A stretch of 64,000 nt of DNA. Origin: Mustelus asterias. Lineage: Eukaryota. The position numbers and the translations under genes were made by a program. Location: the NCBI RefSeq assembly GCF_964213995.1, contig NC_135804.1:57908001-57972000 (forward strand). The letters are read 5' to 3'. Shown piece after piece: positions 23,355 through 35,925 of this stretch. The notes below the pieces were generated by a model, which made no database searches, was not told the origin of the DNA, and worked only from the letters and a program-made list of their open reading frames with translations. Every line of letters starts with the position of its first letter. The stretch's first letter is position 1.

Positions 23355-25405
23355 ATATGACTAAGGCACAGGAACCAGTTTCCTAGTATCTCTTCCGTAT
23401 GACCATTCTTTAAGTGTGAGTCCAGTCAGTGTATTTTAGCAGGTTGTAATTAAGCCCTAGTATCTTCTCATGTGTTATTCACATGAACATACAGACACAC
23501 TTCCAAAATATAGATTACTACATAATAATTAGAAGCTCATATGATTTGCCTCCCTATTCCAGACTGTTGAGGCTAGTTGTATAAGCTTATTGTAAACTCT
23601 GGAATTCCCTACCCAAACTTCACCTTGGCTGGCATCTCCCGGTCCTGTCTGCTGTGGGAATTGTCGCGGGCGGAATGAAAAATTTGACGGACCAGCAAGA
23701 GATCTGTTGACTTTGGGACTGGAAAATCCTACCCCTTCTCCCTACTTACCTTAAAACCTGTTTGAGCAAGCTTTTGGTCACCCATCCTAATGTCTCTTCT
23801 TAGGCTCAGTCTTGATTTTCGTGTGGAGCACCTTGGGCTGTTTTACAACCTTAAAAGTACTAAATAAATGCAAGTTGTAGTTGGTGACCGATTAACTCAA
23901 AATAAACTAGGAACCAAATCTTGCTTTTTCTAATCCTTGAGGCTCAGTTATACATTAGTTTTACTGACTGAATCTATGGCATAAAAATTACAATTTCATG
24001 TGTTCAGCATTGAGATGGCATGTGTAAGAAACAATTATAATTATTTTACTCTGACAATTGAATCGCTGCAATTCTTTCTCGCTGAAATAGCCACAAAGAA
24101 TAACATAAATTATCTAAATTGTTTCCAATCATATTGGTTGAAGTCAACATTGCTGCTCTCTTAATGAATGAAAAAGTAGCCTCCTGATATGTAAAATGAG
24201 AGAATATTTTCAGTTAAACATTAATTTAGAAGTCTCCTGATCTTGAATTTGCTCCTGAGTCAGTCAGCCTGAAATCTCAGGTACATCCAGCTGTGTCTTG
24301 CACCTTGCAGAGACAGCCAGTCTTCAGATCCATCACCGGATTCCAGTCACCAAGAGTATTCTCAATTTATGTTTTTAAAAATGCACATACTGATTACTCT
24401 GTGACTGTTTTCCCGCCTTTGCTTCTTTCCTGCTCCCAACTGCTTTTATGTTGTTCATTTAATTTTGGAGGCTCAGTAACTGGATAAAACGACTGCGAGG
24501 CTACGTAAAAGAGATAAACAGCATAAATCCTAGGAGTCAGCTCATTGGTTCTGGCCACTAGAAAATCTGAGTAAACAAACAATATAAAGCAGCTTTTCCA
24601 AAGCTGGCAACTCTCACTGGGGCACTGATGTCAGCAGTCCTCCAGGATCATCCTAAAATGGACATTTCCCTTCAGCGAATATGAACAATAGGTGATGACA
24701 GGTTACATAGTTGACAGCAAGAACTTACATTTCACTGTAGTAAAACATTTGAGGCACTGCACAGGAATACATTCAGACAAAAATTGAAGCTGAGACAAAG
24801 AAGGGGATTTTAAAACAGGAGACCAATGATTTGGTCAAAGAATTGGGTTTAAAACAGAGTCTTAAAGGAAGGGAGGGATTGAAAAGTTTTAGGAAGGAAT
24901 TCCAGAGTTGAGTTCCAAGGCAGCTGAAGGCATGGCTGCCAGTAATAGGGTGAAAGTAGTCAGGGTTGCAAAACACACCAGACTTGGAGGAATACTGAAT
25001 TCCAAGAGGGCTGTAGAACTTGAGGATATTACAGAGATAGGAACAGGTGAACACAGTCTTGTCACCAGACAATATCCGCATTCATACACTTCAGGACTAT
25101 CTGGGCAATCAGGTGTAGAAATCCTGTCCGATGCTTCATTCCCTATCTTGAGTAGACGAATACAGTTAAAGTACCTTGACTACAACCCTGACTGGGATTG
25201 AGCCTGGTTTGTGTTATTCAGCAAGTGTTGCATTTAGGAATTACTGTGATAGTCATACAAACCTTTACATAAAAACATTAAATATTGTTCAAGCAGTTTA
25301 AATTCAAATGAATATGGCAGGTATTAATGTTTATTTTGTTACGGTAACAAGATGAAGGTGTGGTCTTGGTAACTAATATGTGCAACTGATAATATGTAAT
25401 CTCAC

Positions 25406-25538
25406 CAATGGGTAATTTGCCATAGACAGAGAAGCTCTCCAAACGGTTCTTCATTCTCTTCAAGTAGTCTTTCATGGACAGTAGGTTTTGTTTGTCATGT
25501 TGCTGCAAGTTTTTCACATTGAGGCGGGCATCCAGCAT
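25406..25538 (-). CDS. Olfactomedin-like gene A, exon 4 (MLDARLNVKNLQQHDKQNLLSMKDYLKRMKNRLESFSVYGKLPI-G)
   Basis: atccag acceptor, gtgaga donor, 133 bp, phase 0/1. Resembles the 'L..DK.N.L......LK.RL' segment that precedes the OLF domain. Confidence 0.88.
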
Positions 25539-25560
25539 CTGGATCACAAATAGAATTCAT

Positions 25561-28500
25561 TACATAGCCTGTTTATTATTGGGGGTAATTAGCAATCTTT
25601 TTTATTACTAGGCTAATGAACAGTCTGATTATTATTGGGGTAATGAACAGCCTGGTTATTATTGGGGTAATGAACAGCCTAGTTATTATTGGGGTAATGA
25701 ACAGCCTGGTTATTATTGGGGTAATGAACAGCCTCGTTATTACTGGGGTAATGAACAGCCTGGATATTACTGAGGTAATGAACAGCCTGGTTATTATTGG
25801 GGTAATGAACAGCCTGGTTATTACTGGGGTAATGAACAGCCTGGTTATTACTGGGGTAAGGAACAGCCTGGTTATTACTGGGGTAATGAACAGCCTGGTT
25901 ATTATTGCAGTAATGAACAGCCTGGTTATTACTGGGGTAATGAACAGCCTGGTTATTACTGGGGTAATGAACAGCCTGGTTATTACTGGGGTAATGAACA
26001 GCCTGGTTATTACTGGGGTAATGAACAGCCTGGTTATTACTGGGGTAATGAACAGCCTGGTTATTATTGGGGTAATGAACAGCCTGGTTATTATTGGGGT
26101 AATGAACAGCCTGGTTATTACTGAGGTAATGAACAGCCTGGTTATTATTGGGGTAATGAGCAGCCTGGTTATTATTGGGGTAATGAACAGCCTGGTTATT
26201 ATTGGGGTAATGAACAGCCTGGTTATTATTGGGGTACTGAACAGCCTGGTTATTACTGGGGTACTGAACAGCCTGGTTATTACTGGGGTAATGAACAGCC
26301 TGGTTATTACTGGGGTAATGAACAGCCTGGTTATTACTGGGGTAATGAACAGCCTGGTTATTACTGGGGTAATGAACAGCCTGGTTATTACTGGGGTAAT
26401 GAACAGCCTGGTTATTATTGGGGTACTGAATAGCCTGGTTATTACAAGGGTAATACATAGAAATACATAGAAACCCGATAGTGCAGAAGGAGGCCATTCG
26501 GCCCATCGAGTCTGCACCGACCACAATCCCACCCAGGCCCTACCCCCACATATTTACCCGCTAACTACGCATCTCAGGGACAATTTTTAACCTGGCCAAT
26601 CAACCTAACCCACACATCTTTGGACTGTGGGAGGAAACCGGAGCACCCGGAGGAAACCCACGCAGACACGAGGAGAATGTGCAAACTCCACACAGACAGT
26701 GACCCGAGCCGGGAACCGAACCCGGGACCCTGGAGCTGTGAAGCAGCAGTGCTAACCACTGTGCTACCGTGCCGCCCCGTATGAACTGCCTGTTTATTAT
26801 TGGAGTAATGAACAGCCTGGTTATTACTAAGGTAATGAACAACATGGTAATTACTGGGGTAATGAACAGCCTGGTTATTACTAAGGTAATGAACAACATG
26901 GTAATTACTGGGGTAATGAACAGCCTGGTTATTATTGCAGTAATGAACAGCCTGGTTATTATTGCAGTAATGAACAGCCTGGTTATTACTGGGGTAATGA
27001 ACAGCCTGGTTATTACTCGGGTAATGAACAGCCTGGTTATTATTGCAGTAATGAACAGCCTGGTTATTACTTGGGTAATGAACAGCCTGGTTATTACTAA
27101 GGTAATGAACAACATGGCAATTACTGGGGTAATGAACAGCCTAGTTATTATTGCAGTAATGAACAGCCTGGTTATTACTGGGGTAATGAACAGCCTGGTT
27201 ATTACTGGGGTAATGAACAGCCTGGTTATTACTGGGGTAATGAACAGCCTGGTTATTACTGGGGTAATGAACAGCCTGGTTATTACTGGGGTAATGAACA
27301 GCCTGGTTATTATTGGGGTAATGAACAGCCTGGTTATTACTGGGGTAATGAACAGCCTGGTTATTACTGGGGTAATGAACAGCCTGGTTATTATTGGGGT
27401 AATGAACAGCCTGGTTATTACTGGGGTAATGAACAGCCTGGTTATTATTGGGGTAATGAACAGCCTGGTTATTATTGCAGTAATGAACAGCCTGGTTATT
27501 ATTGCAGTAATGAACAGCCTGGTTATTACTGGGGTAATGAACAGCCTGGTTATTACTGGGGTAATGAACAGCCTGGTTATTACTGGGGTAATGAACAGCC
27601 TGGTTATTACTGGGGTAATGAACAGCCTGGTTATTATTGGGGTAATGAACAGCCTGGTTATTACTGGGGTAATGAACAGCCTGGTTATTACTGGGGTAAT
27701 GAACAGCCTGGTTATTATTGGGGTAATGAACAGCCTGGTTATTACTGGGGTAATGAACAGCCTGGTTATTATTGGGGTAATGAACAGCCTGGTTATTATT
27801 GCAGTAATGAACAGCCTGGTTATTATTGCAGTAATGAACAGCCTGGTTATTACTGGGGTAATGAACAGCCTGGTTATTATTGGGGTAATGAACAGCCTGG
27901 TTATTACTGGGGTAATGAACAGCCTGGTTATTACTGGGGTAATGAACAGCCTGGTTATTACTGGGGTAATGAAAAGCCTGGTTATTACTGGGGTAATGAA
28001 CAGCCTGGTTATTATTGGGGTAATGAACAGCCTGGTTATTATTGGGGTAATGAACAGCCTGGTTATTATTGGGGTAATGAACAGCCTGGTTATTATTGGG
28101 GTAATGAACAGCCTGGTTATTATTGGGGTAATGAACAGCCTGGTTCTTATTGCGGTAATGAACAGCCTGGTTATTATTGGGGTAATGAACAGCCTGGTTA
28201 TTACTGGGGTAATGAACAGCCTGGTTATTACTGGGGTAATGAACAGCCTGGTTATTACTGGGGTAATGAACAGTCTGGTTATTATTGGGGTAATGAACAG
28301 CCTGGTTATTATTGGGGTAATGAACAGCCTGGTTATTATTGGGGTAATGAACAGCCTGGTTATTATTGGGGTAATGAACAGCCTGGTTATTATTGCAGTA
28401 ATGAACAGCCTGTTTATTATTGGGGTAATGAACAGCCTGTTTATTATTGGGGTAATGAACAGCCTGGTTATTATTGGGGTAATGAACAGCCTGGTTATTA

Positions 28501-29500
28501 CTGGGGTAATGAACAGCCTGGTTATTACTGGGGTAATGAACAGCCTGGTTATTACTGGGGTAATGAACAGCCTGGTTATTACTGGGGTAATGAACAGTCT
28601 GGTTATTATTGGGGTAATGAACAGCCTGGTTATTATTGGGGTAATGAACAGCCTGGTTATTATTGGGGTAATGAACAGCCTGGTTATTATTGGGGTAATG
28701 AACAGCCTGGTTATTATTGCAGTAATGAACAGCCTGTTTATTATTGGGGTAATGAACAGCCTGGTTATTATTGGGGTAATGAACAGCCTGGTTATTATTG
28801 GGGTAATGAACAGCCTGGTTATTACTGGGGTAATGAACAGCCTGGTTATTACTGGGGTAATGAACAGTCTGGTTATTATTGGGGTAATGAACAGCCTGGT
28901 TATTATTGGGGTACTGAACAGCCTGGTTATTATTGGGGTAATGAACAGCCTGGTTATTATTGCAGTAATGAACAGCCTGGTTATTATTGGGGTAATGAAC
29001 AGCCTGGTTATTATTGCAGTAATGAACAGTCTGGTTATTATTGGGGTAATGAACAGCCTGGTTATTATTGGGGTAATGAACAGCCTGGTTATTATTGGGG
29101 TAATGAACAGTCTGGTTATTATTGGGGTAATGAACAGCCTGGTTATTATTGCAGTAATGAACAGCCTGGTTATTATTGGGGTAATGAACAGCCTGGTTAT
29201 TATTGGGGTAATGAACAGCCTGGTTATTACTAAGGTAATGAACAACATGGTAATTAGTGGGGTAATGAACAGCCTGGTTATTACTAAGGTAATGAACAAC
29301 ATGGTAATTACTGGGGTAATGAACAGCCTGGTTATTATTGCAGTAATGAACAGCCTGGTTATTATTGCAGTAATGAACAGGCTGGTTATTACTCGGGTAA
29401 TGAACAGCCTGGTTATTACTAAGGTAATGAACAGTCTGGTTATTATTGCAGTAACAAACAGCCTGTTTATTACTGGGGTACTGAACAGCCTGGTTATTAT
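25561..29500. repeat. 27-bp tandem satellite (ATGAACAGCCTGGTTATTAYTGGGGTA), ~130 units in two blocks, in gene A intron 3
   Basis: Exact 27-nt period, seen as a 9-aa periodicity in the ORF track; interrupted by a SINE at 26455-26778. Confidence 0.98.
26455..26778 (-). mobile_element. Full-length young HE1-like SINE inserted in the satellite
   Basis: 5' end GGGCGGCACGGTAGCACAGTGGTTAGC, B box GGTTCGGTTCC, (ttctatgtat)n tail. Confidence 0.92.
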
Positions 29501-30288
29501 TAAGGATAATTGGAGATCTGTTTATGGTAAGAGGTAATCAGCAACTTGTTTATAAATGTGAAATAAAGAGGTTTAAGAGGAGAGGAAACAGATAAATTCA
29601 CAAAAGGGGGACAGATTAGAGATGGCAAAAAGAGGATGAGAAGATAGGCAGTTGATAAGGAGAATGGATCAGAAATGAAAGTGTAAAAAATAATTTCAAT
29701 AATAAATTGATGCAGTGGCCTGGGACCCTGCATAAGGAGCGGGCAGCAACTCACTTTCACAAAGCTGGCTGAGGATTGCCAGCTTGAGATCCCTCAGCAC
29801 TTCGTATAGGGAAGTGTAAAACTCAGTTATGATCAATTGCAATGGAAAATTTGATATATTTAATATCACAGAATTTCAAAAATGATAGTTGAATATCTTT
29901 CCCTTTGACTTTATTTTATTTCAGTAACGAAAGATGCAAGTGAAGAACTCGAAATGGGAGTCGTTGAAGAATAATTCCCACATGAAGTCAGTATTTCATA
30001 TCTGTGGGTTCAGAGGCAGGATAACAAGCTCTTGGCCTCACATTGCGATGATAGTAATACAACTGATTATGAAAAATATATATATTTTTATGTCTAAAGC
30101 TTTCTGCTACAGGCAGTCAGTATACTTGGAAGGAATGCAATTCAGATGCTGAGAGAGCAGGATAATTACTCATTTTAGCCTTGCAAGTAGTTATGTTAAG
30201 CAGCGTGAATGGACTTTTGTTTACTTAAGTTCCCCAGCGATTTATTATTAGAGTGTTTGACTCCCCCCCCCCCCCCCCCGCCAGAGAA

Positions 30289-30410
30289 TGTGGTTAAACA
30301 GCAGCTTATAATTGTAAAGCAATTCCACATTTAACATCACCAGTAGATGGGAGTGGTGATTTAGCCTTTATGGTTGTGATTCACAAAGCGTACAATTTCA
30401 GTACAACCAC
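30289..30410. repeat. 122-bp segment, exact inverted copy of 32151-32272
   Basis: Base-by-base reverse-complement identity checked by eye. Confidence 0.92.
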
Positions 30411-30442
30411 TCCTCCCCCCCCCCCCCAACTACCAGAGAATC

Positions 30443-31391
30443 TGGGGGTGATTGTACCATTTTGATTCTAAGTGCTGAATCTGGGCGCAATTCAGATCCG
30501 GCTTGGAAACCTGTTTTCAGGCGCCCCCATATACACTTAGCCTGAAAAAAAAGATTGAAATTGCACATTCTCTTCGTGTCTGCGTGGGTTTCCTCCGGGT
30601 GCTCCGGTTTCCTCCCACAGTCCAAAGATGTGCAGGTTAGGTTGATTGGCCATGCTAAAATTGCCCTTAGTGTCCTGGGATGCGTAGGTTAGAGGGATTG
30701 GTAGGTAAATATGTAGGGATATGGGGGTAGGGCCTGGGTGGGATTGTGGTTGGTGCAGACTCGATGGGCCGAATGGCCTTTCTCTGTGCTGTAGGGATTC
30801 TAAGAATGATCGGACCTTCCTCCTCACCCGCCCTCCGAGCAGAGACACATCTGACCCGCCTCCAACTCCCTCCCCCCCACCAGAGAACCATCTGGCCTCC
30901 CTCCCAACCCCTCCCCCAACGAGGGAATGATCGGGCCTCCCCCCCTCCCCCTCCCCCGCATACATCTGGCCTCCCTCTTCCCCCCCCCCTCCCCCCCCCC
31001 CCCCCCAACCCACCAGAGATACATCTGACCCGCCTCCTGCAACCCCCCACCACTGATCTGAGTCAGAGAGCCACTGGAAGTTCTGAACTTACCTCTTCAG
31101 AAGCTGGAGCGCCCGAAACAGATCTTTGCTGAGCATGTCTGTTTCGCGCCCAATCTGGATGGGCGAACGCAATGGTAAAGTGGGAAATGCAGGTAAGATT
31201 GGGCATCCAGCTCATTAAGTCAATTTAAATGCATTTAAATTGATGTCGTGCCCGTTCCGGCCATTTTCGGGCCTTGGTAAAGTGGGAATCTGCGTGGATG
31301 TGGGGGCGGATCGCACTATTCGTCTCACACCCAACTTTACCAAGTTTTCGCACCCGAAAATGGGCGCAATACAATGGTAAAATCGAGCCCT
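30443..31391. mobile_element. Harbinger-like MITE with a nested 5'-truncated SINE (~30563-30803, +)
   Basis: Imperfect TIRs gggggtgattgtaccatt and aatggtaaaatcgagccc; SINE body inside. Confidence 0.7.
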
Positions 31392-32443
31392 CTATCTCTC
31401 TCTAAAAGCTTCAAGAGTGTTAACAAATGTTAAAGCGAGTATGCCTAGGTTGGCTAACTATTTAAAAGTGGATTTATTTATGCACGAATGGGGCTTATTT
31501 GGAACTAGAACAGTGATAAGTTAGAAATTAAAATGGTTTCCTTTTCATTTTTAATTGTTCAACTGTTAGTAGTTAACTTGCTTCATTTGTTATATTTAAA
31601 CTGTCTTGTTAAATAAAGTTTGTTTTACTACAAAAGATTCCTAATTTGTCAGTGGAATCATTCCTGGAAGGAAGTATCCTTTTGTCACATTTATGCCAAA
31701 GTAGAAAAATTGTTGTGGTCTAGTCTTTTGGGATTCAAAGTTATTTTTAATTAATGTTCATCGAACAATATTACATGCACCCAAGTGAAATGAATACTTG
31801 GTAAAAATAGCTTTCCCACTTCACATTCCCACTTCACCAGCCAGTTAGTTCATAGACTTTAACCATACCAGCAGTTTCAAGTGGAAGCAATAGCCACTGG
31901 ACATAGCATTCTAACTGAGAGAGAGGCCACACAATTTTAGAATGCCGTTAAAGAAGAATTCAACATCAGTGCAAAGTGGGTGGACAGACAATGAGCTTGT
32001 GCGTTGCAAATACTGAATTAAATCCAAAGCTAATTCCAATGTGAAGTGAAACAAGCTTCCCAACATCCACTATGATGTTTAGTTTGGTTCCAACTCTGGA
32101 TTTAGCTGCATTTGTAGTGTGTTGTAGAGTCTGTGTGAAGTGAAACTACTGTGGTTGTACTGAAATTGTACGCTTTGTGAATCACAACCATAAAGGCTAA
32201 ATCACCACTCCCATCTACTGGTGATGTTAAATGTGGAATTGCTTTACAATTATAAGCTGCTGTTTAACCACAGCAACCTTTTCCACAGTTAAGGCTACAG
32301 ATTGTGAGGCCTGTCTGAGATAACTTTGTGGGAGGTAAGAGAGTCTTTTAAATGTCTGGTTTCCCATAGAAATACATAATTTTTGACTTTTACTGGGAGA
32401 TATGATCAGATGGATAAGTGGGAAAACCTTCAGGAGATAGGAT

Positions 32444-32761
32444 CATAGAATCCCAACAGTACAGAAGGAGGCCATTCAACCCATCAAGCCTGCACCGACC
32501 CTAATCCCACCCAGGCCCTATTCCAGTAACCCTCATTTACCATGCTAATCCCACTGACACTAGGGTCAATTTAGCATGGCCAATCAACCTAACTCGCTCA
32601 TCTTTGGACTGTGGGAGGAAACCAGAGCACCTGGAGGAAACCCATGCAGACACGGGGAGAAAGAGCAAACTTCACACAGACAGTGACCCGAGGCTGGAAT
32701 TGAACATGGGTCCCTGGTGCTGTGAAGCAGCAATATTAAGCACTGCACCACCATGCCGCCC
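32444..32761 (-). mobile_element. HE1-like SINE
   Basis: Same family as 26455-26778, with 5' GGGCGGCATGGTGG. Further copies at ~43145-43375 (-), 51412-51680 (-), 54553-54870 (+) and 55443-55555 (-). Confidence 0.88.
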
Positions 32762-33149
32762 ATCTCAGAGTGAGGCCTAGGCCTTTTCTAATATATGTGT
32801 TATGTGTAAATATTTCAGCACCGTGGCCTCTGAAATTGCCAGACTGACATTAGGACTGGTAGGCGTGAGTGGGAAATTGGATTGTTCGAATGCCAGGGAC
32901 CCAAAGGAAGCATTCTTGGCAGAACATCAGTGCTGGGCAAAGGTTTTCAGTAGCCAATGACAGCATGGTGAGGGAGAGGTAAGGCCAGGGCTAGGGAGGG
33001 CCAGTGACTCTTTGTGGGGCCTTGGAGAAGCACTTCTGTAAAATTTAACATTCTCCATTCTAGTTGCCACTGTCAGTTCCATACAGTGTGAGGCCTCCCG
33101 CTGACCCATAACATTAAATCATGGTACATTAATGTTCTCGGCTGCAACT

Positions 33150-33530
33150 GGGGAGGCAATAGTGTAGTGGTATTTTCACTGGGCTAATAATCCAGAGACC
33201 CAGGGTGGTGATCTTGGAACACAGATTCAAATCATGCTGTGGCAGATGGTGGAATTCAATTCAATAAAAAAAATCTGGAATTTAAAATATTTAAATGATG
33301 ATCATGAAACCATTGTCAATTGTAAAAACCCAACTGGTTCACTAATGTCCTTTAGGAAAGGAAATCTGAAATCCTTACCTGGTCTGGCCTACATGTGACT
33401 CCAGATCCGCAGCACTTTGGTTGACTCTTGAATGCCCTCTGAAATGGCCATGCAAGCCAGTTCAAGGGCAATTAGTGATGGGCAATAAATACTGGCCCAA
33501 CCAACAACGCCCACATCCCATGAATTAATA
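33150..33530 (+). mobile_element. tRNA-derived SINE with a LINE-shared 3' tail
   Basis: gggaggcaatagtgtagtggta head; ends in agggcaattagtgatgggcaataaatactggccc, the tail shared with the LINE at 16790-17355. Confidence 0.65.
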
Positions 33531-33814
33531 TTTTTTAAAAATTGACAATAGATTTCTACTTGCCTATAGAACTTTGGCCAATTGAAAGTTGACAAAGATG
33601 AAATGGCATCCGATGGAAACAGAGTGACCTCAGGGTGATAAATGGAGTCAACCTAATTTGGTCCCCTCCCATTAAACATTCTCACTGGGTGAAGAGGGGT
33701 GGGGGCTAAAATCAATGCCATGGTCTGAACCATCACCAATCAAGTCCAGCAATCACAGTATTGACATGTGGCAATGTTACTATAAATACTGAAAACAAAT
33801 CCAGTTGATCTCAC

Positions 33815-34033
33815 CTCAGTGGAGACCTTGAGAAATAAATCGGTGTTTGATGAAGGAACACTCTGAGCCTTTGCAATCTCTGAGCTGAGCTGCTTCAGCT
33901 CCCAGCGAACAGTCCAAAAGTTGAGTGGATGGTACAGTTGCTGTTTATACATTGCCTCAAACGGTTGCAGCTGAGAAGAAAGGTTTCGTATCTGTGCCTG
34001 GAACTCTGGAATCTTGTACTCAGCAAAAGTTGC
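33815..34033 (-). CDS. Olfactomedin-like gene A, exon 3 (coiled coil, ATFAEYKIPEFQAQIRNLSSQL...FLKVSTE)
   Basis: ttaaag acceptor, gtgaga donor, 219 bp, phase 0/0. Heptad pattern aligns with the olfactomedin coiled-coil region. Confidence 0.85.
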
Positions 34034-34179
34034 CTTTAAATTTACAATATCATATTGAAAAAAGAAACAAGTCAAATAAATAATGATGTCCAGTCCATGG
34101 GATGTAATAAAGAAATTGCTATTTAAATTGATCCTTTAAATTATCCTTTAAGTAGAGACAAGTAAAGTTAGAATGATAT

Positions 34180-34472
34180 TTGTTAATCACAAGTAGGCTT
34201 AAATTAACACTGCAACGAAGTTTCTGTGAAAATCCCCTCGTCGCCACACTCCAGCGCCTGTTCGGGTACACTGAGGGAGAACTTAGTATGGCCAATTCAC
34301 CTAACCAGCACGTCTTTCGAACTGTGGGAGGAAACTGAAGCACCCAGAGGAAACCCACACAGACAAGGGGTGAACTTGCAAACTCCGCACAGACAGTGAC
34401 CCAAACCGGAAATCAAACCTGGTCCCTGGCACTGTGAGGCAGCAGTGCTAACCACTGTGCTACCATGCCACC
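34180..34472 (-). mobile_element. SINE variant with a distinct 3' tail
   Basis: tRNA-like head plus tail cacaagtaggctt...gtgaaaatcccct on the + strand. Further copies at ~45995-46252 and ~57837-58135. Confidence 0.8.
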
Positions 34473-35925
34473 CCTAGAATATTTTGGGTAGGGAGCTTCT
34501 TGTACGTTAGTAGCTCTAAGGAAGTGTCTGACAATAAACCGGTTGAACCTAGAAGACCAGTCTGGATTGATTTTTCCACCACAACCACTTGTTATGAGTA
34601 ACAGGTGGCGGGGAATGAGTTGGAAACACTACAGAGCCGATGGGTATAGACAGAACTCAAAGTGGTGATTTCAAATTAAAAGGAAGAGGGGTGCTGTGGA
34701 AAGACAGAGAAATCTCTATGGGGGAGAATGGTACAATTAGAATGTGCCTGTTAACTATGGTAAGCTCTTGCTTCCTCGTGAGTGACGGTGAGTGTTTGGT
34801 TGCTTGACTGTTGTGTATGTTAAAACTAAATCTGACCTTATTCTCACCCCACACATCTTTCCTACAGAAGAGAAGTCAATGTACAGCAATCAGGAGTGGG
34901 AACATTGCTTTATATTTGTCCTTTGATTAACCTGCTATCATCAAGGTCAACTAAGGCATTCTACAGCTGCCCTGAGCCAACATTCAGCAAACATCAAAAC
35001 TGCATAATACCGTCACATTTGTTCAATATCAAGTCAAGTGGTGAGTTTGACCAATAACCAGGGCACCCGCCAAATAACTGGCTGAATTTCAATGGTCGGG
35101 AAGAGAACATTAGTCAACAAATTTTCAAGGGAGGACTGGTTTATTGGCGTTGGAGGCAACCACCAAATCTCAGCCTCATTAAATTTAGAAGTAGATAAAA
35201 GAAAGGGATAATCTGTAATCAATATCTATAATAAAAATTAAGTATGAAAGTCACACCAAAAAGATCCAACTGAACAATTAATAAAAGCAACCAGCTTATA
35301 ATTAAGCATTCCTGAAGCACTGCAGGGAAAGTAACAAATATCCAGTGCAGTACATAGAAATCATAGAAATCATACAGAAGTGCCGCCATTGGAATGAGAT
35401 ATTAAACCAAATGTCCTTGTATCCTCACTGGCGAATATAAAAAATCCTTTGCCACTTTTTGAAGAACAGTGGGGATGTTGCATCCTGACTATATTAATTT
35501 CTCAGCCAACATCATTTGAACAGAAAATGTGGTCCTTATCACATTTCTATTTGTAGGAGTTTGCTGTGCGTACATTGGTAGCAAGGTTTATTTCATTACA
35601 ACAATGATGAAACTTTAAAGGCATTTCATTGATTGTATTCTTTGGGATATCCTGAAGTTAAGAAAGACGCTATATAATGCAAGTCTTTCTGTTTATAAGG
35701 AGCTGTTTAATGTTAATGGTCAGTGTCTGTGCCTCCCGGTTCTGGTGAATGGGTATTGATGTGTATGCTTCTTTCTCTGAGTGAATAAGTTCCAGTGTCT
35801 GTATCACCTATTCTGTGTGAATAAATGTCAGTATTTGGGTTACTCTATGTGGACAGGGTCCACTCTCTGAATGACATGATGTTGGTGTATGCAGGCTGCC
35901 AATGTCTACATTTACATTTGCTCAC

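Noticed and set aside
26700-26778. tRNA gene-like A/B boxes here and at similar sites
   Set aside because: These are SINE heads continuing into SINE bodies; no complete cloverleaf.
25561-29500. CRISPR-like array
   Set aside because: Units are contiguous with no unique spacers, there are no cas genes, and the context is vertebrate.
25576-29537. Very long ORFs (up to 922 aa) on both strands
   Set aside because: They are by-products of a 27-bp (3n) repeat with stop-free frames. They lie in an intron, run into SINE sequence and have no gene signals.
30537-31132. Gly/Pro-rich ORFs
   Set aside because: Poly-C tracts, SINE and MITE sequence.
33925-33950. KQQLYHP peptide also recalled from TEPP/SPMIP8, a gene near KATNB1 in human
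   Set aside because: Short coincidental match; the surrounding exon fits the olfactomedin coiled coil and its splice phases.
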